A stretch of DNA of 64,000 bases. Origin: Lama glama (lineage: Eukaryota). The translations under genes and the position numbers were made by a program. A model generated the notes under the pieces. It was not told the origin of the DNA. It saw only the letters and a program-made list of their open reading frames with translations, and did not search any database. Where the stretch lies: the NCBI GenBank assembly GCA_028534125.1, contig CM052846.1, positions 1 to 64,000 of the forward strand, given 5' to 3'. Of this stretch, positions 49,915-61,710 are shown in pieces. The first letter of the stretch is position 1, and each line of letters opens with the position of its first letter.

Positions 49915-50839
49915 GCCCCAGGACACAGGTAGGGGTGAGGGAGGTAACACAGGGCAGGCCACCCAAGTCTGGATGCACAGTAGATCTGCCGAGGCTTGTC
50001 CCCTCTGTCTTCAGTAGTGGTGGTCATGGGGCAGACGCCAGCGGGAGCAACAGGAGCCCACCAGCCCTGCATGCTGGGTCGTTCTGCCACCGGCTGCTTG
50101 GGAGGCCTGGCCATCCAGGCACCACCCGTTCGCAGCTCCCTCCTCACAAGTTCTGCTCTGTGGACTCGCCCAGGCTCTGTCTCCTGTGGGTTCCTCCTCA
50201 ATCGAGGTGGAAGCATGGCCCCCAGGGCTGAGCTCGGCCCCCAGGTGCCACTTTTCACTGTCTGACCTTTCTGTCTCTGGGCCTCAATGTCTTCATCTGC
50301 ACAATGGGTTGTTGGGGTACCAGGTGTGTCTCTGGAACTATAAGTCCTGCATGCATGTTGCTACTTTGTTTGATTCTTTAAAACCCTCAATCGAAGTAGG
50401 TCACAGGCTCCATCTACACTTTAGGGGTAAAGAAACATTCTGAGAAGCTGAATGGAGTGAATGGTACCAGGTGATGGGCAAGCTGGGAATTTTGTGTGGG
50501 CTTCCTGTGGTCTTGTCATAGAGGCCAGAGCTTGGACCGTGGGACACACATCTGTCCTCTGGCCGGGAGTCAAGCTGTGGCTTTGTATGACATTGGCAAC
50601 TGCCTGCCCACGGGGACCACAGGGTGTCATTCTGCCTGTCTTGTCCCTGAAATTAGAAAATTACCTTGGTCAGTGCCACTGATGCTGTTGGCACAGAGCA
50701 TCACTCCCTGCCCCATCCCTGACACTGGAGCGCGTGCCCCCACTGCCTCTCAATGGGGACCCGGGGGTGGGCTCTGCGGACCCCCTGGATGGCCCCCAGG
50801 GGGCCCTGACGCCTCACCCTCCCTCCCTCCCCTTCACAG

Positions 50840-52795
50840 GAGCCTCCTTCTCAGACCCGGTCCTGGCCACCTCCTCTCCCCACAGCTGGTGGTCCCTCCG
50901 GGGCAAACTCCTAAGGAATCACCATCACCCTCCTTCCTACTCTGGGGCCTTCAGAGAGACCAGCTGATGGCAGGACAAAGGACGGAGACCCTAAAGCACA
51001 GAAACCCCAGACCCGTTGTTCTCTTCCATCCCGCCGGGGCAAGGCCTGCTGGAGCAGACGCCGTGGGCCCTGAGCCCAGGAGCGATGCTGGGCTGGGAGG
51101 GAGGTGAAGGACCTGGCGGTCCAGCAGAGTACCCCCCACACACACCCCCGATCCCTGCTCCCGGCCCCACGCACGACCACACGGGACAGACTGGCCAGGC
51201 ACTTCTGAAGACGGAGGGCGGCCCCTGGCCCGGCATCAGTTGGAGCTGCTCAGAGGAGACACAGCCGTCTGGCCTTCCTCAGCTCCTGTTTCCAGAGCAT
51301 AAGGCAGCCAGCCCTGGGTGAGGGGAGCCAGGCTGCCAACGGGCTCCCCCTTCCCGTACCTCGTGGTGGGAGTAGACCCCCTTCCCCAACCCTTGTCCCT
51401 CAAGCCTGCTCCTTCCAGCACAGGGAAGGAGGTGGGACCCTGAGCCGGCACAGGTCGTGGGCTGACCTGGATGAAGACCACATGGGCCCCAGGCCCCTCG
51501 CCTAGGCTGGGCCTGGGGAGGTGGGAGCCCTCCCCGCCCCCAGAGCCCTCAGAACTTCAGGCCACAGGGGCTCGAGGGGGCCCGGGTGTGAGGGAAAGAG
51601 GAGGGCCCGGGCAGCCCCACAACTCTCCTGAGGGACTTTGGATTCGGGAGGAGTTCCTGGAAGGGGCAGAGACGATCTGAACACCGAGGGCAGGAGGCCG
51701 GAGTGCACACCACTTTGGAAATCATGCAATTTACACACAAAGTGGGAGAGGAAACCTCACTTCTCCCTCAACGGTGGGGGGGGTCACACAGAGCAAGCTG
51801 GCCTCACATCCAGCTCCCCCTCCCCCTCCAAGAAGGAACAGTGCGTGCGGCGTGCGGCCCTCGGCCCAGGTGATGAGGCCCCTGTCTCCCTGCTCTGGGC
51901 CCCGGGCCGTGCACAGCTTCCCAATGGGCCGGCCGGCCGGCCTCCGCCGGTCTCTCACTCACGCTCCTGACGGTTGGAAGCACAATTTCCCTCCCAGTGG
52001 AGGAAGAGGAAGGGCCTGAGCCTGCTGAGGGGGTGTTCACTTTTAACTGCTAACAGCCCCCACTCCTCTGAAACTCACAGGACGGGTCTGAGGACCCCTG
52101 AGAACCACCCCTGTGTGTGCGTGGGTGCACAGGCGTGTGGGACTCAGTCCAGGACCTAACAGTCACACAGCAGCACTGGCTGACTATTTGAAGTGGGTTT
52201 AACTCCGCCGCCCCCGACCGCCGTAGTCATGAGACCGTTCGACGGGCTCACCTCCCTGAGAGCCCTGAGCCACCAGGTGGGAGCACCTGGGGACCAGGCG
52301 GGTGGCGGGAGAGGTGGGGAGGGCGTGGGCACGGGCCTCGGTCTGTGAGTGAGTTGACTCTGGGCACCTGGCTGCCTCGCTTCCAGGACCAGCCCGCGTA
52401 CAGGGCAGCTTGGCTGGACTGGGGCCACCTTATTGGCCAAAACCCAGGGCTCGTTTTCAGGAGGTTGGCAGTGAACAGCAAGCGGGGCTAGTCTCTCCCT
52501 CTCTCTCCCTCTCTGATGCCAGTCCGGCTGTTTGCACCTAACACCCTCTCTTAGCCGCATGTGTGTTTATTTATACTTATACCCAGGTGGACTGCAGTGT
52601 TCATCTTTGTTGGGAACGACTTCGTTGTGAATCAGAATTGGGCCCATGAGTACAGTGTGTTTCCAAACCCTCAGGCCGGGGGTCCTGAGGACAGAGATGG
52701 GGGGCGTGAAGCCCACGCAGCTGCCACCATCTGATGTTTTAGTTCCACTGTATTTAATTTGTTTCAAAATTAAAAGTCAAATATGGTTTTTAACA
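50840..52795 (+). other. B3GAT1: B3GAT1 non-coding terminal exon (3' UTR); end approximate
   Basis: Branch-like CCTGAC, long C/T tract and CACAG acceptor ending at 50839; ATTAAA at 52769 in an AT-rich patch. Confidence 0.7.
52769..52774 (+). terminator. Candidate B3GAT1 polyadenylation signal (ATTAAA)
   Basis: Common variant hexamer in a U-rich context (tatttaatttgtttcaaaATTAAAagtcaaatatggtttttaa), ~1.9 kb into the last exon. Confidence 0.6.
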
Positions 52796-53149
52796 GTCCT
52801 AGCCCTCGTCAGCCCTGCCTTATTTTCCCTCCTTCATGTAACCATCCAGCTGCGCTGGTCCACGGGCCTCTTTCAGGAGCCAGGACAGAGCAGTGGAAAC
52901 CAAGGCACTGCCTTCTCGTGGGAGGAGATAGAGGGACAAACCTAGGGCGCTTCAGCCACAATCTGTTCAAGGAGACAGTGGGGGCGGAGGAAAGGTCGTG
53001 CAGCTGGGAGGCGCCGGCCCCTGCGCAGGCCAGCCAGGTGACCTCTCAGCAGACACGCGGGGCCCAGCGTCATAGCAGCCCAAGAAGGAGGACCTCCTGC
53101 CGGTGGGAGAGTTCAGCAAACAGGCCGCTGTGGGGCGGCCGCCTGGGAG

Positions 53150-53430
53150 AGGAGGGGGTGGCCAGACCCTGGAGCAGGGGCACCGCACGCACCAGCCCTG
53201 TAAGAGAGGGGCTGTCGGAGGGTTTGGAGCAGAGATGGACTCAGCCTAACCAGCCTTTTGGAAGAGTCACTTGCTTCCACTGATGACCCAGGCCCGGGAC
53301 GGTGGAGTTGGATGAGGGGACAGAACAGAGGAGAGGGCAGCGGTCGGACTCTGGACGCATTCAGAGGCTTTGCTGATGGACTAGACGTGGGTATGAAGAG
53401 CCAAGAGTGACCTGAGACCCAGCCTAGCGG
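53150..53430 (+). mobile_element. L2 LINE internal fragment
   Basis: ggagggtttggagcagagatggac...ctttgctgatggactagacgtggg resembles the L2 3' body. Confidence 0.55.
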
Positions 53431-54382
53431 CTGCGTGTGCTGACCAGGGCTGCAGCTGGGGACGGCTGGCGTGCCCGGAGCTCAGACCACGGCCCACGTT
53501 GGAGAGAACTGGGGTGAAGGCTGGTTACCAGCCCCAAGGGTGAGGCCTCCGGCACGAGTGTAGACCGAGGGAAGAGGGGGCCGGGGAGGGGCTGAGACCT
53601 CCAGCACTTAGAGGGTGGGCTGACGAGTCTTCAAAGGAGATGGGAGTGAGGCCACTCGTTGGCAGCAAACCCGGAACGAAGCCTGGAGGGTGCTCCCTGC
53701 CGAGGGGCTTGGACAAAGAAGCTGGGGTCATCTGACAGGTAAGGTCGAGGACAGCAGGCTGGCCCAGGAGGTCCTTGCCCAGCAAAGAGCCGTGCGTGTG
53801 CAAGCTGGTGTGTGTGGCAGAGTAACTGGGGATAAATCTTACAGAGGGGGTCCCTGCAGGAGTCCTTTACACACAGCGCCCTGCCACACTCCCCGGCACT
53901 GGTCCTGCCCACGGAGTCCAGTCTCTGTCTCATTGCCATGATTCCCATTCCAGCAGTTCTGGGAGAGCTGGTGAGTCTGGATAGGACGGCTCAGCTCCAG
54001 GGCCCAGCGGCTGCACACAATTGCCCCAGGGCAGACCCCTCCTTAGCTAAGCACGCAATGCCAATGCTGGGGTGCTGGGAGCCTCACACCTGCTCTTCCC
54101 TGCCCATCCCCACCCCTAGGAGGCCTTTCTCTTCCACCTGGACTCCTATTGAAGATCGTAAGTTTGTGCAGGAGACTCCAGACGTGGTTTGGGAAACAAA
54201 TTCCCCACCGTGGCTCACATGCAGCTCTGCTGCTGGCAGCCACACCCTGCCCACCACACAGAGCCAGCAGAGTCTGCGTCCCCACTCCCCAGCCCAGCCC
54301 CACACCACCCTCACTTCTGGCTCCCAGCACACAGAAGGGATCACAGAACATCACCAAGGGGGATCTGATTCAACTCTGTTAC

Positions 54383-54388
54383 TTTACT
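54383..54388 (-). terminator. Candidate proximal GLB1L2 polyadenylation signal (AGTAAA)
   Basis: Minus strand reads gcAGTAAAgtaacagagttgaatca, then GU-rich ttggtgatgttctgtga; ~750 nt after the stop. Confidence 0.4.
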
Positions 54389-55131
54389 GCAACTCAGGGC
54401 AGCGAAGCTGGGCCGGAACACAGTGCCAGATCCCCGCCAAGCCCTGGGAATCTTGACCAACACCTGGGGCCCAGCGCTGGCCCCTGACACCCCAACACTC
54501 CTGCCCACGCCCCCACAGCCACACCTGGTGCCCCCGTCTTCCTGGACCTTCTGAGAGTGGCGGCCTTTCCTCCTCAGCTGTTACTGCTTCTCACAGGTAA
54601 ACTGGAGCTCCTCGCACTCAGAAAACAAGTGCCCATTTTCCTGACTCTGTCAGCACCATTAGAGTAGAAGTGAAAGGTGGCCTGCATCCATCCCATGGAC
54701 TTTCTTGTGACTCGCAGGGAAGGCTCGGGCAGGGTTGTGAAGGAGGAACAGGTCGACTCCAGGGCCCCTCGTCCTCTACAAGTAGTGCCACGCCCACCAG
54801 CTCAGAAACAGGGGCCCCAGGGACAGGGTCGTGGCTGGTCCGGGGGACATTCAGAGCAGCAAACCCTGCAGGAGTTGTGCCTGCCCATCAAGGGGAGTCG
54901 GAAGGAGCCAGCACAGAGCCCAGCCAAGAAGCACTCCAGGGAAGACGGGTCCCTCCTCACCCCCACTCTCCTTCAGTCTGCAGGGCAAGGGTCTGAACTG
55001 CAGCAGAAGCAGAGCGAGCCCTGGCCCTCGAGGCTATGACTGAGGGGCACTCGGGACTCTGGACAGACAGTGGGCGGGGCAGCACCGGCGGGGCAGCAGG
55101 GAGGGTCTGCAGGTTCCTTGCCAGGAGCTGC

Positions 55132-55218
55132 TCAGTCGACGTACTGGCGCCGGCCCAGGTGGGGCGTTTCTGTGAACTGTATCATTGGACCCGCCATCTT
55201 CTCCTCGAAGACGATGAC
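55132..55218 (-). CDS. GLB1L2: GLB1L2 terminal coding exon
   Basis: CCCAG|[31 protein letters not shown], 87 nt, TGA at 55134-55132. Confidence 0.93.
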   Translation of the reverse strand, partial: VIVFEEKMAGPMIQFTETPHLGRRQYVD

Positions 55219-55406
55219 CTGGGGGAGAGACAGCTGGTAGGTCTTGGAGCCAGACCAGGGCCCTCGGGAAGGGCTGGGGACCAGCTGGAAGGAGCAGGGA
55301 TCCACTCAGAAGGGGCTTCTGTCCCCTCCTGCCCGCCGAGTGCCCCCAGGGAAACTGTGCAGGGAGGGGGTTGCTGACAACCGGTCCCTGGGAAAAGTGC
55401 CCCCAC

Positions 55407-55523
55407 CTGGTTGATGCCTTCGGCCAACCAGACACCAGGGAGGTAGAGGGTCTCCTGGGGCCCGACGTTCCAGTAGCGTCCGAGGTTTTGCCCATTGACG
55501 AATACAACCCCTTTCTCCCAGCC
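55407..55523 (-). CDS. GLB1L2: GLB1L2 coding exon
   Basis: [39 protein letters not shown] (GH35 C-terminal NG.NLGRYW..GPQ.TLY motif), 117 nt, AAG acceptor, GTGGGG donor. Confidence 0.95.
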
Positions 55524-55886
55524 CTTTAAGCAGAGTAGCGACGGTGTCAGTCGACCACGAGGACCACCGAACACACACACAGGAGGCAGAGACACAGACA
55601 AAGGCCATTTGCTCTTCTCTCAGCTCCCAGGGACGGTGTTCCCACAGCCATGTGGTTAACAGGCGGGTTCTAGCTCCCGTTCCGTGAGTGCTGAACCCCC
55701 CGGGCAGGGCGCATAGGCTCAGACTGGACATAGGAGCCTGGGCCTGAGAATCCACCAGGTGGTCCTTCTGCTCTGAGCCCACCCCTCCCACACCAGGGAG
55801 GCCAAGCTGGAGACCCTCTGGGTACAGGCAGTGTGGGGCCTCTGGGAGGGAAGCCCACAGAGCCTGGGCAGGGCAGGGCTACAAAC

Positions 55887-55998
55887 CTCCAGCTTCATGA
55901 AGGTGTCATAGGGGGAGAGGGGGACGGACAGGACACCCAGGAAGAAAGCAGGGAACGTGGGCACATCGGGGACGGGGTTCCACTTGTCTCCAAGGAAA
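55887..55998 (-). CDS. GLB1L2: GLB1L2 coding exon
   Basis: (S)FLGDKWNPVPDVPTFPAFFLGVLSVPLSPYDTFMKLE, 112 nt, TAG acceptor, GTTTGT donor; phases match both neighbours. Confidence 0.92.
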
Positions 55999-56232
55999 CT
56001 ATGGACAGGATGGAGGACAAGAGGGTTAGGGTTAGGCTCCCAAGGCCCCCCAGCCCCCATCTGCTGACTGGGGCACAGCACTGGGCACGGGGGTACCACG
56101 GGCACACCCGCCCCAGCTCTGGCACTGCCCCGGCCATTGGGAGGGTGCGGAGCCGCTCTGAGCTCTGGAAGTTTCCAGGGCCTTGGGGCTGAGGCCAGGG
56201 CAGCTCCCAGGCTGTGCGGAGTGGGGACCGAC

Positions 56233-56320
56233 CTCTTGAAGAAGCCCTTCTTCATCTCCAGGCTGTAGATTTTGAAACCTCTCAGGGGAGAATCGTTCAG
56301 ATAGAGGTCCCCAATTAAAC
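56233..56320 (-). CDS. GLB1L2: GLB1L2 coding exon
   Basis: (G)LIGDLYLNDSPLRGFKIYSLEMKKGFFK, 88 nt, CAG acceptor, GTCGGT donor. Confidence 0.93.
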
Positions 56321-57487
56321 CTGTGGGGAGGAGGCGGGGACACTGAGCAAGGCCAATGGCAGGGGACAGCTGACCACCCAGGCACCTGCGAGAAACATTT
56401 CTGGAAAGTCTCCTGGCGAGGATTCCCTCTGAAGGGCCAGCTCCCTGAGGGCATTCTCCACGCGACGCAAAGCCTCCCCCAGCAACCCCGAAGTGGTGAG
56501 TGACCCCAGGATGTGCAGGGGGCAGCGCCTGAGGGCAACATTGGCCAGAGCCCCTCTGAGGGGGACGCTCCCTTCCAGGGGCTGAGAATCCCAACCCCAT
56601 GAAATGAGGCCAAAGGGGCAGGTGACCAAGAGCTCACAGCGGCTCCAGCCTTGCTTCTAGGTCAGCTTGGTGGGGTCCCAGACTGTCTTAAGTGCCAGGA
56701 CAGGTGTGGAGGGGCACACAGTTCCGGCAGGCAGGACTGCGACTTACAAACTAGGACAGGACTCCACAGTGAGAGGCCAGGGCACACCTTGGTCGGGGGC
56801 CCAGGGAGGCGAAGATGGGGACCAGGGCCAGGCTATAGTGCCTCCCACCCCAGAAGAACAAGAGAAGTGAAGGTGGGCCTGCAAAGGGAGCGCCCAGAGG
56901 AGATGCCGAGACCCAGAGAGGAACACAGGGATTCCTGGGCAGCCTGGCAGCGCTGAGGCCCTCTGGACGGGCTGGTCCCCAGGGTCCAAGAGCCCCCGGG
57001 GCTGGGCCACATCTCCTCCCTGCGGTGAGGAAGGGCTCTGCAGGTTCCCTCATCACAAAGACCAACACCTGTGAGCGCTGGAGGCCACCAGACTTCCTGC
57101 CACAGTCTGACTTATTGTCTGAGTTCTGACTTCATAACTTACATGAAACCACCCATGTTTTGATACGGAAGGGAAAAAAAAGGCAGATGTAAACAGAGAC
57201 GGTTTAGAAGGCCAGGAAAAATAAAATGAACCGGTGGGATGTTCCTGGAGGAGCATAAGGAGCATTCTGTTCATGTGTCCTCCTTCCCACACAAAATGGA
57301 CTATAGACGGGGCTCCAGAGAGAGTGAGAAAAGAAATTCAGCGTGAAGAACCAAGAAGGCAAATGTCTTAGGCCAACTCCCCCAACTGGCCTCCGTGACC
57401 CCCCAGTGGCCCCCGTGACTCCACCTACAGCTCAGCCTCCGTGTGCTGCCATGGAGAAGGAACAGCCAGCCATGTGTCGTGACTCAC

Positions 57488-57566
57488 CTTTGCGCTGGTC
57501 GTCGATGTTATCCCCATAGTTGACTCGCCCGCAATTCTCCACCAAGATCCTTAGCAAAATGAACCC
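57488..57566 (-). CDS. GLB1L2: GLB1L2 coding exon
   Basis: [26 protein letters not shown] (GH35 LVEN.GRVNY motif), 79 nt, GTGAGT donor. Confidence 0.95.
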
Positions 57567-57815
57567 CTGCCAGGAACGCAGCTGTCACTGAGGAAAGCCT
57601 GACTCCCAGCCGCACGGGTACAACTGCCCCTCGGGGTTTCTCTCTGGAGCCCCAGTTCTCCCTAAGCTCTGAGGACGGGAGGGAGGGTTCCCGCCGGTCA
57701 GAAAGCCACGCTCACCTCCCCATCAGCAGCTCTGTGTCTGAGCCTCCCTGCCTGACGCCCCCACACCTGCCCAGAGCGCAGCTGGCAAGCACCCGCCACC
57801 AGCCCCAGGGCACAC

Positions 57816-57887
57816 CTGGATCAAGGGGATAGTGACTTCCTTCCTCTTGTAGTCCAGGAACCCTACGGAGACGGTGTTCACAAACAC
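57816..57887 (-). CDS. GLB1L2: GLB1L2 coding exon
   Basis: [24 protein letters not shown], 72 nt, CAG acceptor, GTGTGC donor. Confidence 0.92.
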
Positions 57888-58083
57888 CTGCCAAGCGAGC
57901 AGACAGACCAGGACGCATCCCATTGGCTGGGGCAGGCAGAGGGGTCCCTGCCGGGCAGGCAGAGGGAGCCGTGTGCACCAGCCGGGGAGGAGGCGGAGGC
58001 CGCGACTCCTGCCGCGGGGCCTTCTCCACACCTGCGACGCTCGGGGGAGGGTCAGGCGTGCGGGACGGATGGGCTGCTCCTAC

Positions 58084-58224
58084 CTGCCCCCGGTCGCGCA
58101 CGAGACCACTGAGTGTGCCAGACGAGGTGATGGTGGTCTCGTACAGCGTGTACCCGAAGGACTGCCCGTTCCCATCGTTTATCGGGAGGTTCTCCATGTT
58201 GACTGGCTTTTCCGAGCTGACTGG
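58084..58224 (-). CDS. GLB1L2: GLB1L2 coding exon
   Basis: [47 protein letters not shown], 141 nt, GTAGGA donor. Confidence 0.95.
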
Positions 58225-58751
58225 CTGCACGGAGAAGAGACAGACAGGGCCTCGCCTCCTGGGGGTGGCGGGCAGCAGGCACCCCCCCGACCCAGGGTTA
58301 GCTCTCTGGGGGCAGGGGCGGCTGGGCAGCAGGAACACTTCTTCCACTTGACTTCTCATCACACAATCGAGCTCCGTGGTTCTGCTCCTGACTCCTCGTC
58401 CCACTGCCTTCAGGGCTCCCCACGGTCACCAGGGTGGGGGTGGGGGGGAGCAGCACGAAGCCCCATGCGCAGTGCCTGACGGCTTTGTATCCACCACACC
58501 TTCTGCACCAGGGCAGCCTGGAGGCGGCTCCAGGAGGGGCACCCTCCGCAGGAGGCTGAAGCCCCACCCCCCCCCCCCAGGCTGGAGGCCAGGTCCCGAC
58601 TGTGTGACCAGCCCCACCTCTGCTGCTTTCTGTCCCTCCCGCCTCACGCTCCAGCACAAGTGGGTTCTCTGCTCTGAGTTCTGAAGGTGGGGAGCAGACC
58701 GCGACGTGGCCAAGCAGCTTCTCTTCCTTTGGGGCCACGGGTGGCTCTCAC

Positions 58752-58858
58752 CTCCTCCAGGTAGGGCAGCACGTCCCACAGGGACAGGCAGAAAACTGGC
58801 TTCACTGCCTCGTACGTCGTCTTGGGAAGAAGGTCCGGTGGGAGAGGCAGAGGGGCCC
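58752..58858 (-). CDS. GLB1L2: GLB1L2 coding exon
   Basis: (G)APLPLPPDLLPKTTYEAVKPVFCLSLWDVLPYLEE, 107 nt, GTGAGA donor. Confidence 0.93.
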
Positions 58859-59251
58859 CTGCGACACAAGCAGACAGAAGGCCGTCCGAGAGGATCCCCC
58901 GGTCACGGCGCCTCCAGCCTCCCTGGGCCTGGCTCCTGCCCACAGCCCAGCACGCCCCTGGCCCAGGCCGCTCTCAGTCGAGCCGGAACGTCACTGGGAA
59001 GGCAAGGCCAGGGGCGGGCAGGGGCCTCCACATGTCCTCGGGGACCTTGACACCTGTGAGAAGGTGGGGCTGGCGGGACCCCAACTCTGATGAGAACTGC
59101 CCCTCACACATGCCTGTCCTCGTCTGGGATGTTCCCACACACAGACCAGCTGGGGTGCAGGCTGGGGTTGAGGGGAGCAACTCAGAGCAAAATCTGGGGT
59201 CTCAGAGCAGAAGCCAGGCCCAGCAGGGCCTGGGTCCACGCAGGCAGGTAC

Positions 59252-59332
59252 CTGAAACAGAACCGAAGAATTCCCGGAGCTTGACGTACTTGGCGGTGTA
59301 GTCCCCGGCTTCTGTCAGCACCGCGTCATAGT
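59252..59332 (-). CDS. GLB1L2: GLB1L2 coding exon
   Basis: (D)[26 protein letters not shown], 81 nt; completes the GH35 TSYDYDA motif; weak GTACCT donor. Confidence 0.95.
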
Positions 59333-59798
59333 CTGCAAGACACCCAGCACCGTCATGGCCTTGGACCCCGGGCCCCACGACATGTCATGCGTGGCAGCAG
59401 ATGGAAGGGGAGAGGCTGAGCAGACGGCAGGGTCCTCGCCCAGCAATTTGGGCATCGTCAGTCGAGATGTCACACCTACTAAATACTACTGAACGCCACC
59501 CAGAATGCCAGGCCCTGAATTTCCAGGCAGGGGGCCAGGGTCGCCTCATCTCAAGGCCTGAGGAGGGAGAGGGGCTCCCCCACCTGAGGGTCTTCCCTCC
59601 CCAGCCCGTGCCCCCTCTTCCCCTGGCTGACTTCCAAAGACCCCCCGTCTCCTACGGCTCTGAAAGCTCAGAAGTGATCCGCAGACAGAACCTTGGCCAT
59701 CACACTGATGGGGCCATAAGCCATCCCGAGGGGTTCCTCTCAAAGCCCAGACCCACAAAGCTGGGTGCGCAGGGAAGGCCCGAGCTGGGGACACTTGC

Positions 59799-59936
59799 CG
59801 TAGCTGGTGACGTCAGACTTGTAGTCCTGGAAGTGCAGCGCCCCATTCATGAAGCCAAAGTTGGTGCCCCCATGGAACATGTAGAGGTTGATGGAAGAGC
59901 CGGCATCCACGATGGCAGACACCGTCTTGAGAACCT
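59799..59936 (-). CDS. GLB1L2: GLB1L2 coding exon (GH35 TIM barrel)
   Basis: (E)[45 protein letters not shown], 138 nt, hallmark [12 protein letters not shown]; the donor must be GCAAGT to keep the frame. Confidence 0.96.
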
Positions 59937-59952
59937 CTGGCGGGTGGGTGCA

Positions 59953-60048
59953 GAGTCAGAGAGAGAGGGAGAGAAAGAGATAGAGAGACAGAGACGGAGA
60001 GAGAGACAAAGACAGAGAGAGGGGGAGAGAGAGAGACAGAGAGAGGGA
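59953..60048. repeat. (GA)n-rich microsatellite
   Basis: gagagagagggagagaaagagatagagagacagag... Confidence 0.9.
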
Positions 60049-61152
60049 GGGCCATGCGCTGAGGCCTTCCTCCGACCCCCTCACCGCTCGTCCTAGAGCT
60101 GCCACTAAACCCAACCATAGGCTGTGGGGGAAGACGGCAGATCTCGGACCCATGGCCCGGGCTTCCAGGGCTCTTGAATCCCAGGCAAGTCTGCACTGAC
60201 CCAAGTCTGCAGCCCGCAGTACGGCGGCGGCGGCCCCTCCTCCTGGCGGGCCTCTCCTGTGACGCCCACTTAGGAGACAGGGAGACCAGATTCAGAAAGG
60301 GAGACGTGGTTCTGACCCCCGCCCTTCCCTGGTCCCACTGGACTGGAGAGTGAACCCTCAGCGCTCAGTAACAGCAGAGCAATGACATAAATGGCTGATA
60401 AATACGAACATACATACGGTTTAAAACCTCAGCACTGGTCCAAGACATGAGGGCTGAACGAGGACCTATCAGACCACCAAGCACCAAAATTACTTTCACA
60501 CTCAGTGTCGACGCGCCTGCTGGAAATGGGACGGCTAGGCTCTTCTTGGGGCAGGTGAGTAGGCACGGTCAGACGTGCATTAACGAAGCAGGGCTGTTGT
60601 TGGGAAGGTGTTGCAGGAGACAGGCCAGGTGAGCTAACCTGACCACGGGAGGGCCACCCAGGTCCTCATCAACAAGAGACCGGATCAGCCCCCCAGGCTC
60701 TCTGCGTTCCTTCAAGTGGTGGTGGGAGCCACACCTAACCACGTAGGAAGCTGTGCACCTGTGTCCCTCACGGGCACGCGAGGCTGCAGGAGCAGGTGCG
60801 CCCACCTCTGCCCACACCCGTCTGCAGGCGTGCCCAGGGCTGCGGACGGAGACGGAGGATGCCTGGGCCACACACGTCCCAATGTCTGCTCTGCGCTCCA
60901 GGGCTTCTGCTTCTTCTTGACACATTGTGCTGGCCGGGTGTCTCCAGAGACACGTGTCCTCACCTGCTCACAAAGGCGTCCCAGAGCCCCGTTCGACCGC
61001 TCACTTCACGCGTCAGGACTGGTGACTCTGGACCATCAAGACCTGACTATGCGGCAGAGACTCCCCGGAGCCCGGCAGCTCCTCTGCATCACGTAGCAGC
61101 CAAGCCAGAACTTACTCTCACACTCGCGCTGGACGCGGCCCTGGACACTCAC

Positions 61153-61237
61153 CTGAGGAGTCCAGGATGTTGTGTGGGCCGCCCCACGAGTCGAACCAGC
61201 CGGTCCAGTACTCCATTACCATCTTGGGCTGAACGCT
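61153..61237 (-). CDS. GLB1L2: GLB1L2 coding exon carrying the presumed catalytic nucleophile Glu
   Basis: [28 protein letters not shown], 85 nt; EYWTGWF corresponds to the GH35 nucleophile motif (EFYTGWL in GLB1). Confidence 0.96.
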
Positions 61238-61710
61238 CTGCGCACCACAAAAGCAGATGTCAGCTGGCTGAGGGAGATGGGGGCCCTTCCTGATGAGTCC
61301 AGCACCTCTGACTTCTGGACCCTTCCCAGCTGCACACCCAGCCTCAGACGCCTGTAAGCAGGGCACAGGTGAGCACCAAATGCACCTGCAGCTGCTCATC
61401 CCCCATGTGCAGCCTCCACCCGGAGTAGAGTGAGTGGCTGGGGCTACCTAAGTGGACACAGCAGACACTGCCCCGTGGATGTGGTGTCAATGCTGCCCAC
61501 GGTGCTGGTGGAGAACCCCAGGTTCCACCTGAGGTGAGCCTTTCCCAGCAGCACAGCCATGTGGTCCTCACACCGGTTTGCTTTCTAGATCAAACCAAGC
61601 TCTGCGTGTCCTCTTCAGGAGGGAGAGCCTTCCACCAGAGTCACCCTCTCTGAGAGGCTCATGTGGACACAGACCCGCAGCTGCCGCGTCCCTTTGGCTG
61701 GAGGGGTCAG

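Noticed and set aside
55719-56600. 293-aa minus ORF (and 57712-58404) as single coding units
   Set aside because: Contain short true GLB1L2 exons joined by in-frame intron sequence.
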